Shown one piece after another: positions 29,537-37,258 of a DNA stretch of 64,000 nt (positions are counted from its first letter, which is position 1; every line of letters starts with the position of its first letter). Location: the NCBI GenBank assembly GCA_965249005.1, contig CBDFLD010000022.1:1040247-1104246 (forward strand). Reading direction: 5' to 3'. The notes under the pieces are model-generated. The model searched no databases. It was not told where the DNA came from and saw only the letters and a program-made list of their open reading frames with translations. The translations under genes and the position numbers were made by a program. This stretch comes from Acidobacteriota bacterium. Lineage in GTDB: Bacteria; Acidobacteriota; UBA6911.

Positions 29537-32484
29537 AAAGGCTCCCGCATATTCACAGCTTCTTCTCCTTTGTCCAATAACTCCTGATCCAAACTCTTGA
29601 GCCGATTCCACGCCGGCCCTTCCCGTTCTGCCACGAAAGGCCGAATCTGAAACAACCAAAGTTTCCCCTCGGCAAAGCCAAACTCGATATCCCAGGTGTG
29701 CTGGGCTTGTTCCTTGCCTTTGCTCCTCCAATCCTTGACCATCTGCCGAAGTTGTTTGATCTCTCCTGTGGTCAAAAGGTAGTCGCTGCGCCGGGTCGTG
29801 GTCCACTTCACGCCGCCACCGTCATCCAGATACCGGCGATAGGGGGCCTTGGCCTGGGCAAGCAACCGAATGCCTCCTGCCGAGTCGAGAAGCAGTGTCT
29901 CCGCGCTCTCTCCTTCGACGCCACCTCCGACGCCTTCGGCGGTCACGATCGTGAGGCGGTCCTTCGATTTCGGCGATCCCGGGGAGTCCATGGAATCCAG
30001 ATCCGCGGTGATCATGACGCCCGATTTTTCCGAGTGGACACTCTGGAGCAGTAACACCGACGTATAGACGTCCCCCGGGTTTTCGATGAACTGCTTTCTC
30101 CAAGCATAGGCTCGGTCGCTCAGGGGCGACGCCCAGACTTTCTTGATTGCCTCCAAAATGCTCTCCTCGGTGACCCGATGGGCAACCGTAAGATTCAAAC
30201 CCGCTCCCGAGAACTCCTCTAGATCCTCGGCATTGGTATCGCTGCGGATGAAAACCCCTTTGGCCACATTCGCGCCCAAGACGTTCCGAATAGACCGCAG
30301 GACGCCGGCTTTCATTTCAGGAATCCACTCCAGTTTCACGACGGCCCGGCGAAAGCTCTCGAGTCGAGGCAGCATGTAATCGTCTATTTCCGATTCGCTC
30401 TGTCGGGCCAGGCGCATGTCCTCCGCCGTGCGACATGCCTGCTGGATCTGTTCATGCAGTGTTTGCCCAGAAGAATACGGTCTGTCGATATGGGCCCGGT
30501 ACATGCCGAAGGGAAGCGCGAGCCCCGGCGCTACCTTGTCGGGAAAGGATGTGTAGAGCTCCCCGAGATTGGCTGCCTTCGGGCCGACCAGCACCCCCGA
30601 ATCCGATGCCCGCAGATCATACAAGGATACGGGAGTTACCGCCGCGTGCTGCAAGCGCTCGGTGTCGAGCCGGATTCTTTTGCCTCGAAGCTCCTTTTCC
30701 TGCTCGATGAGCATAGCATCGGGTTCAGTCATACGAGAGGCGGCCTTGAGGGTCACCAGGCCCATGGGCGACACCGCAAAGAGGATCTCCTTGCCCTCGT
30801 GTTTTTTCAACGAAGGGAGCAGGGAAGTGGACAGGGCGGCGTTTGGAATGGAAAGATTTCGAGCGAGGAGCTGAGCGTGCGACAGCAGGTTTCCCAGGTC
30901 CAGCGTCAAGATTCCCGCCATGGGCTTCAGATCGGAGATCGTGCCCGGAATGACGTAGATCGTGCCCGGATCAGGCTTCCAGTGGTGTTGTTGCCCGGAC
31001 ACGATTTCCAGCTTGGCCTTGACCGCGCCTGAGTTGAGGCCTCGGATTCCCTGGGCTACCCGGCGGCCAAAGACGGAGTGAGATTGCGCCAATTGCCGGT
31101 CGGCATCCTGGGAGAGCTTCCCCAGTTCCGTGGAAAGTAGCAACAAGGTCGAGCTCCGCAAGAGCTCGTCAAAAAAGCCCAAGGCTTTGGGCTCGACGCG
31201 AGCGTATCGCTCTTGGGAGCTGCCAAAGATCGCCCTGGCCGAAGTCGAGGCCCACTCGACACTCCGGCCGAGGTAATCGAGAGCGTTTCTATACTCGAGA
31301 GCCGGAATGCTCACCCGCTTGGCCAGTTTGCCGCTTTCGATCCCGAGCGCTTCGCGCTCGCGCTCCGATAGAAACCCGGTCGAGAACGCGAAGTCGAAAT
31401 AATCTTCGAGGCCGCGCAATCGCTCCGACCGGCTCCACTGAACCCGCGATTGCTCCAGATCTTCGCGCATTGTCTGCGCTTTCTCGCTGAGCAGGGCAAT
31501 CAGATCCATGGCGAGGAGATTTGTTGCGCCATCCGATCCCTCCGCTACCGACCGCCTCAATTTCGCAGCCAGTCGTGCCATGCGCGAAAAAAGTATGGAG
31601 GATTCGGCATCGAGCGAGTCTGCAAGGCCGGCGATTTCGATTGCAAACCGCGGCAACTTCTTCTCGAACGATCCCAACGCTACCTGGATTCGTCGTGGAT
31701 CATATTGGCGCTCCAGTTCTGCGTAAAGATCCGCCACCTTTGCCAAGGCATCCTCGGCCAGATTCGCGCGCTCCCGATAAACGGCGACCGCGTCGATGTC
31801 GGCCGGCGCGGGATAGGAGTGAATCTTGCTGCGCAGCGGTTGAAAGCCTTCCTCCAGTTCCGCAATCTCGGTTGCCAGTGTGCGGATCTTTGTTGTTGTC
31901 GGTCGATCCAGCCGGTCGTGAGACAAGGTGCGGGTCAGATGAATCGCCAGCAGAAAATTCTTACGCGTCCAGACACGGTCGCCGAGCAACTCCGCGAGAA
32001 ATGCCTGGCCCTGCCGCTCCTCGTCTTCTATTTGCCGCGAGCCGCGATAGAACTTTGCCCTCCGGAAGATCCATCCATCGTCGACCGCGTAAAGATAGTG
32101 GGCGACAACCCACGATTTCGCCCGATGGTAGTTCTTTCCTGAATCCAGGAACACGTCCAGGGAGATATTGGTCAGAACCGAGTTCAAGTACAGATACATC
32201 GACTCCATCCGCTGTGCCACTTCAGTGAGCTCTGCATGCTGCACGCCCCCTCCTCGCTCCTTGCACGGCGTCCCGGCCGGCGGATGGACGGTTCCGTCCT
32301 CGCAGTACCAGCGCAACCGCTGGTAGGGCCCTTTGGGGTTCTTTTTCATCCCGGCAATGGCGTTTCGAGCCTCTTCGATTTGAGCATCTGTTAGAGGCTC
32401 CGGTGGCCCCTGAGCAAGAGCGGAATCGAACAGAAACGAAAAGAGCAGAAAAAATGCGACCGGTGTGATCGGGGGAACTTTCAT
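29533..32484 (-). CDS. secreted PEP-synthase/PPDK-like dikinase (phospho-His domain plus C-terminal ATP-grasp)
   Basis: Signal peptide ending ALA; GNLLSHAQLLARN; VGPKAANLGEL, RSDTNAEDLEEFSGAG, DIEFGF and LFQIRP. Confidence 0.85.
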   Translation of the reverse strand: MKVPPITPVAFFLLFSFLFDSALAQGPPEPLTDAQIEEARNAIAGMKKNPKGPYQRLRWYCEDGTVHPPAGTPCKERGGGVQHAELTEVAQRMESMYLYLNSVLTNISLDVFLDSGKNYHRAKSWVVAHYLYAVDDGWIFRRAKFYRGSRQIEDEERQGQAFLAELLGDRVWTRKNFLLAIHLTRTLSHDRLDRPTTTKIRTLATEIAELEEGFQPLRSKIHSYPAPADIDAVAVYRERANLAEDALAKVADLYAELERQYDPRRIQVALGSFEKKLPRFAIEIAGLADSLDAESSILFSRMARLAAKLRRSVAEGSDGATNLLAMDLIALLSEKAQTMREDLEQSRVQWSRSERLRGLEDYFDFAFSTGFLSEREREALGIESGKLAKRVSIPALEYRNALDYLGRSVEWASTSARAIFGSSQERYARVEPKALGFFDELLRSSTLLLLSTELGKLSQDADRQLAQSHSVFGRRVAQGIRGLNSGAVKAKLEIVSGQQHHWKPDPGTIYVIPGTISDLKPMAGILTLDLGNLLSHAQLLARNLSIPNAALSTSLLPSLKKHEGKEILFAVSPMGLVTLKAASRMTEPDAMLIEQEKELRGKRIRLDTERLQHAAVTPVSLYDLRASDSGVLVGPKAANLGELYTSFPDKVAPGLALPFGMYRAHIDRPYSSGQTLHEQIQQACRTAEDMRLARQSESEIDDYMLPRLESFRRAVVKLEWIPEMKAGVLRSIRNVLGANVAKGVFIRSDTNAEDLEEFSGAGLNLTVAHRVTEESILEAIKKVWASPLSDRAYAWRKQFIENPGDVYTSVLLLQSVHSEKSGVMITADLDSMDSPGSPKSKDRLTIVTAEGVGGGVEGESAETLLLDSAGGIRLLAQAKAPYRRYLDDGGGVKWTTTRRSDYLLTTGEIKQLRQMVKDWRSKGKEQAQHTWDIEFGFAEGKLWLFQIRPFVAEREGPAWNRLKSLDQELLDKGEEAVNMREPL

Positions 32485-32536
32485 CTCGAGCGAAACTACT
32501 CCCTTCTCTAATAGGAACCTCTGAAAAAGGTTTCAG

Positions 32537-34197
32537 CCCGGATTTCCAATTTGAATGAAATATAGCAACCTTTCAGGCGCCTTCGGCATCCCTATTTATA
32601 AGCGTCGGAGAATGATAAGGACACATTGGAGGGCAACACCCGATGGGTGAAAAAGAACGAAAGGCGTTTCAACTCAGCTTTAACGGATTACTCAAAGTTG
32701 ATTTTCAGGGATCGCGAGTCACCTCCGAGGGTGGCCTGATTCTGGTCCGCGAGTTGGACGAACGGCTGGGGATGGGACGACTCATAGACGAGCATCTCAA
32801 CGACACGCGGCAAGGCTTGAACAAACAGTTCCCGCTCGTCGATCTGCTGCGGCAATCGGTCTATAGTCGCCTGGCAGGCTACGAAGACCTTAACGATGCC
32901 GCGCGGGTCTCAGTTGATCCGACCTTTCGCTTGATCGGCTCGAAGAAAAACTGGGATCGCGGTGCGGCGCTGACCTCGACGTTACACTGGTTCGAGACGG
33001 AGCTGCTGACGCGAGAAGAGAATCTGATCGGGCTGATGGCTCTGAACCGAGAGACACTCGCACAGGCCGAGGCTCTGGACAAGTCTGATCGCGTAGTGTT
33101 GGATATGGACTCAAGCGAGAGTCCGGTGCATGGTCAGCAGGAAGGCAGCGCCTACAATGGCCACTTCGAGTCCGTGTGTTACCATCCGCTGTTTCTGTTC
33201 AATAGTCACGGGGACTGTCTGGCGGCCAAGCTGCGGCCGGGTAACGTGCATAGCGCCGAGGACTGGGACGAGCTTCTGTTGCCGGAGATCGATTTTCAAC
33301 AGGAGCAAGGCAAAGAGATCGTCTTTCGAGCAGACGCCGCCTTCGCCAAGCCAGAGGTTTACGAGACCCTGGAAGAGCGCGGCGTTCAGTATGCCATACG
33401 CATCCCGTCCAACAAGAGCCTGGAGTGGGAGATTGCCGACATCCTGTTTCGTCCTCCAGGTCGGCCCAGCCGCAAGCCACTGGTGCGCTACAAGAGCTTC
33501 CGCTATCAGGCCGAAAGCTGGTCGAGGCCGCGACGGATCGTCGCCAAGGTCGAGCATCACCAGGGCGAGTTGTTCCCGCGGGTCGGGTTCATTGTCACGA
33601 ACATGAGCTTGCCGAGCCGCTCGGTGGTGAGGTTCTACAACAAGCGCGGCACGGCGGAGCAATGGATCAAAGAAGGCAAGCAGGCGACGCATTGGACGCG
33701 GCTGTCCTGCCATCGCTTCCGTGCGAATGAAGTGCGCCTGCAGTTGAGCGTGCTCGCCTACAACCTAGGCAACCTATGGCGGCGACTCGGGCTACCACCC
33801 CGGATCAAGAGCTGGTCGCTCACGAGCTTGCAGCACCGGTTGATGAAGACTGGCGGAAGGCTGGTCAAGCACGCGCGGTACTACTGGTTGCTCTTGGCCG
33901 AGGGGCATCTGGACCGTCGGTTGTTTGGTGAAATGCTCAGGCGGATCTGGGCCTTGCCGCTGCCAAGCGGTTAGCCGCCCGGCTTGCAAGTCCGGAATTG
34001 GAATGCCATGGAAGGAGTGTGGCGATGTGTCTGGAAAATCGCCCACGCAGGAGTGAGAAGGTCTACTACCACGGCGACAACGGGTCATTGGGATGCGTTG
34101 ACTGGATCCATGGTTGGTCTGAGGCCGGGATTTTCTTGCTCCCATGGTGGCTCGAGACTATTATGTTGGGAACCGAGATCCAAATTGGAAATTCCGG
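32537..34197 (+). mobile_element. IS1380-family insertion sequence (1661 bp)
   Basis: 17 bp terminal inverted repeats CCCGGATTTCCAATTTG / CAAATTGGAAATTCCGG (2 mismatches) around the transposase; no flanking direct repeat seen. Confidence 0.9.
32643..33974 (+). CDS. IS1380-family DDE transposase
   Basis: VTSEGGL, GYEDLND, LDMDSS, LRPGNVHSA, RADAAF, YNKRGTAEQWIKEGK, FRANEVRL. Confidence 0.95.
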   Translation: MGEKERKAFQLSFNGLLKVDFQGSRVTSEGGLILVRELDERLGMGRLIDEHLNDTRQGLNKQFPLVDLLRQSVYSRLAGYEDLNDAARVSVDPTFRLIGSKKNWDRGAALTSTLHWFETELLTREENLIGLMALNRETLAQAEALDKSDRVVLDMDSSESPVHGQQEGSAYNGHFESVCYHPLFLFNSHGDCLAAKLRPGNVHSAEDWDELLLPEIDFQQEQGKEIVFRADAAFAKPEVYETLEERGVQYAIRIPSNKSLEWEIADILFRPPGRPSRKPLVRYKSFRYQAESWSRPRRIVAKVEHHQGELFPRVGFIVTNMSLPSRSVVRFYNKRGTAEQWIKEGKQATHWTRLSCHRFRANEVRLQLSVLAYNLGNLWRRLGLPPRIKSWSLTSLQHRLMKTGGRLVKHARYYWLLLAEGHLDRRLFGEMLRRIWALPLPSG

Positions 34198-34310
34198 TTT
34201 ACAGAGTCCCTTGCATGCAGCGGTGTGGCGAACGAAAGAACACACAGCCCGGCGCCAGGGCGAGCTTATCTCAACTCGGATCACATCAATACGCGAGAAC
34301 TTCCGTTGGT

Positions 34311-34338
34311 TACCTACCGGGAAGCGCCGGGATGTGTC
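34311..34338 (-). promoter_or_regulatory. putative element-specific ECF sigma promoter, copy 4
   Basis: GACAC-ATCCCGGCGCTTC-CCGGTAGGTA. Confidence 0.65.
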
Positions 34339-34584
34339 AGCTGAGATGCACTACCGGCCTTCGCCAGGATCTGACGTACCCGGCGCGGGGTGACGCCAGC
34401 CAGTTTGCCGATCTCGCGGGTGGAGACGCCTTCACTGATCCGTCAGGGCCAGCACGAGCTTGCGACGCGTCTCATAGAAGTGCGTATTGGCCGGGACCCA
34501 CAGCAGGCCCGTGAAGTGTTGCTGGACCTCGCTGAACAGATCCGGCGGCAGCACATCCTTGGCGTTGGCATATCGACGGTTCAC
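34314..34584 (-). pseudogene. small Mor/CD3324-like HTH regulator, interrupted
   Basis: GTG start overlaps the upstream stop; MNRRYANAKDVLPPDLFSEVQQHFTGLLWVP...LTDQ, then TGAA and a frame change to GVSTREIGKLAGVTPRRVRQIL. Confidence 0.7.
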
Positions 34585-35378
34585 GGTTTGCTGGTCTTTT
34601 TCTTGATCCATGGTTGATCCACGTCGGGGTTGTAAAAGCGCAGACGGTTTTCATTAGGCGGCGGACCGACGATCTCGATGGACTGCCGGGTCACCTCGCC
34701 GATGCGCTTTCTCTCGTCCAGGAAACACACAAGGCCATAGTCCTCGCCACAGGGAAAACGGAATCGTCCCCGGTTCTGGTAAAGCCGAGCCTCACTCCAT
34801 CCTAGGGATAGCGCCTGGTCTCGGATGGCATCGACCTGGGGCACGGCTGAGGACCGAACTCGCTGGATAAACCGCCAGTCGCCGTCTTCGGGGAAAAGAT
34901 ACGGTGGGACGGCCGGCGTCTCCTTCACTGGAGGGCGCACACGATCAGATCGGCCATCAAACGCATCGATCCGAGGCGGTGCATAGGTCTTGGGGTCGAG
35001 CGACTGGACGGCCGCACAGAGCGCCTCGTCTCCCAAGTGCTCGATGGCCCAGGCGTGAATCTCGTTGAACCGGGTGCGTAGCATATCGAAGGCCTGGGCC
35101 GAGAGACGTCCTGAGCCCACTCTCTTCTTGGCCAGGTCCATCCGGTGCCGCAGCCAGGCGTAGTAGTCCGGATCGAGCCGGCGAAAACAGGTCCCGTCGA
35201 TCCCGACGTCCCGAGCGAAGTGATGGGGCTTGTCCGTTTCCCAGGATTTCAGGTTGGTGGCTGCATAGAGCACGGTTTCCCGCTTGCTCGATTCCTTGGC
35301 GGGGGCGTCGTCCTTCCTGATCGGGATCGGGTCATCGTCCCCCGCTTTTTGTCTCTCGAGTATTGTTAGAAGGCTCAC
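34581..35378 (-). CDS. hypothetical element protein
   Basis: GGAGA RBS and GTG at 35378 downstream of promoter copy 3; coding-like composition (RRLDPDYYAW, LGWSEARLYQ). Confidence 0.7.
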   Translation of the reverse strand: MSLLTILERQKAGDDDPIPIRKDDAPAKESSKRETVLYAATNLKSWETDKPHHFARDVGIDGTCFRRLDPDYYAWLRHRMDLAKKRVGSGRLSAQAFDMLRTRFNEIHAWAIEHLGDEALCAAVQSLDPKTYAPPRIDAFDGRSDRVRPPVKETPAVPPYLFPEDGDWRFIQRVRSSAVPQVDAIRDQALSLGWSEARLYQNRGRFRFPCGEDYGLVCFLDERKRIGEVTRQSIEIVGPPPNENRLRFYNPDVDQPWIKKKTSKP

Positions 35379-35413
35379 GTGCGGCTCTCCGGTTGACAGT
35401 CTTCCCAAGGAGA

Positions 35414-35441
35414 TACTTACCGGAGCGAACCGCAAAGTGCC
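35414..35441 (-). promoter_or_regulatory. putative element-specific ECF sigma promoter, copy 3
   Basis: GGCAC-TTTGCGGTTCGCT-CCGGTAAGTA. Confidence 0.7.
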
Positions 35442-35945
35442 GGATGGTGAACGGGTAAATGATCCCGTTGGACCCTCTGGAACCTCCAATCATCCCCTCT
35501 CACGAGCGGAACTGATTGAATTCATTGAGGGTTGGTTATGATTGCCGAGGCGTAGTAGAAAAACGACCTCTGCAGCAGCAGGCCTCTCTTGGCGCCGACA
35601 GAAATCCCTCAAATGCCTGCTGTGGATCGCACTAGAGGAGGAAACTTTCTGAAGCCCCTTCACCACAACCACCTAAGCCCTTGATTTCACTTAGGTAAAT
35701 GTGGTATACAGTACGCCATCCAAGGATCTGGTGACAGGGTCTGCCAGCAGGCTCACGGGGCTGTTGAGCGGGACCACCCAAGGGCGTCGTGATGGGATGG
35801 TGTCCTTTTGCGCGTCTGCAGCTGATCGTCTCTTCCTGACCATTACGGGGTAGCGAACCTCGCGCAAGCGTAGGTTGGAAGGATCGATAGCTGAGCCAGA
35901 TTCGGACCGCCGACTGTACTGACAGATCGCCTGAAGGAGTAGCTG

Positions 35946-36773
35946 ATGCGTGTCGGGCTACAGAAATTCTTCGGCAGAGCTCTGTATCGGGCCGTCAAGC
36001 GCTGCTCGAGCCGACCGAGAACGTCGCCCGGTCCCTCTTTGTCACTGCTCCGAGACCTGTTGATCATCAAGATCTGCCTCTGGGCCGGCGCGGACCCGAA
36101 CGTGAAAGTTAACCAGAAGATCGGCATTTTCGGCAATACGACCGATAAAGGGAGAACAGCGTTGCATGAGGCGGCCTGCAACGTCTATGTCACTCATGAG
36201 ATCATCCAGCCGTTGCTGGCCGTCGGTGCGAATCCAAACGATAGGGATTCGGTCGGAGACTCGCCTCTCCATCTCCTGATCAAGAATGCCGCCCCGAGTT
36301 GGTTCCAAGGATACACCAACAGCCTCAGAGAATTGTTGGCGGCGGGCGCCGATCCCAACGCCCGCAATGCTTCCGGGGAGACTCCCTTACACCGGGTGCG
36401 AAACGGTTACGATGTCGAGTTGTTGGCAAGGGCCGGCGCCGACCCGAACGTGGCCAGTCCGTCCGGGGACACCCCGCTGCATCACGCGGCGCGCCGTGGA
36501 AAATCGATGGTTGTCCGGGCGCTGATGGTCGCCCGTGCAGATCCCACGGCCGAGAACAACGACGGGGCCACGCCGGCGGACTTGGCTGCCCAAGCAAAAT
36601 TGAAAGAGAGGGTACTTGAAAACCTCCTCGCGCAACTGCACCCGTCCGGCGGTCCTCGAAGTCAAAAAGAGAGGGCACGAGAGTCCGCACTCCGATCCGG
36701 AAAGGTTGTCCCCATCAAGCCGAGTCTATCCGCCCGGCTGCAGAGCCGGACCAAAAGCGTGAAAGAAAGCTGA
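35946..36773 (+). CDS. ankyrin-repeat protein
   Basis: GRTALHEAA, GDSPLHL, GETPLH, GDTPLHHAA and GA(N/D)PN repeats; start uncertain. Confidence 0.88.
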   Translation: MRVGLQKFFGRALYRAVKRCSSRPRTSPGPSLSLLRDLLIIKICLWAGADPNVKVNQKIGIFGNTTDKGRTALHEAACNVYVTHEIIQPLLAVGANPNDRDSVGDSPLHLLIKNAAPSWFQGYTNSLRELLAAGADPNARNASGETPLHRVRNGYDVELLARAGADPNVASPSGDTPLHHAARRGKSMVVRALMVARADPTAENNDGATPADLAAQAKLKERVLENLLAQLHPSGGPRSQKERARESALRSGKVVPIKPSLSARLQSRTKSVKES

Positions 36774-36879
36774 GACGCGATTGATCTGAGGCCGTCTCGG
36801 AAGACGCGGCTCGCTCCCGTTGCCGCTACGCCAATTCCTGACAGGAAGTCCGTCTGGGAGCCTGGGCTTGTGTCGGGCT

Positions 36880-37183
36880 GCCGAAAGCGCCGAAGGTACC
36901 TTCGGCGCTTGGTTCTTCTCTTATATCTTATTATTTATCAATAATTTAGAGATAGATAGAGATAAGAAACGCCGAAGGCGCCGAAGGGTTTTGGAAAATA
37001 TTACTCCTCGTGTGAGCCGAAAAAAAGGGTGGTCCGGTCCTACCCCAGGAAGATCTCTTCCAGTACCTTTTTTATTTTTTTACTCTAAGGGGGGGGTGGA
37101 CTCTCAAAACCTTCGGCACCTTCGGCGCTTTGGGTTTAACACTATTATTTTCAGCCAGTTGTAGCGTCGAAGGTACCTTCGGC
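36880..37183. repeat. origin-like cluster of GCCGAAGG repeats with AT-rich spacers
   Basis: 26 bp perfect palindrome at 36885-36910; direct pair at 36971-36987; inverted pair at 37110-37126; palindrome at 37168-37183; AT-rich tract at 36913-36969. Confidence 0.75.
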
Positions 37184-37258
37184 AAAAGCACCCCAGAGCA
37201 CAAAAAAGACCGCCTGCCGTTGGCAAACGGGCCATCGGGGAGGTTGGGGAGGTTCTAG

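Noticed and set aside
35490-35672. 60 aa ORF with HSRHLRDF, a possible nuclease-domain remnant
   Set aside because: Too short and without RBS support; cannot be assigned from sequence alone.
36880-37183. Repeats as a possible CRISPR array
   Set aside because: Units are 8-9 bp, in mixed orientation and irregularly spaced; no cas genes.
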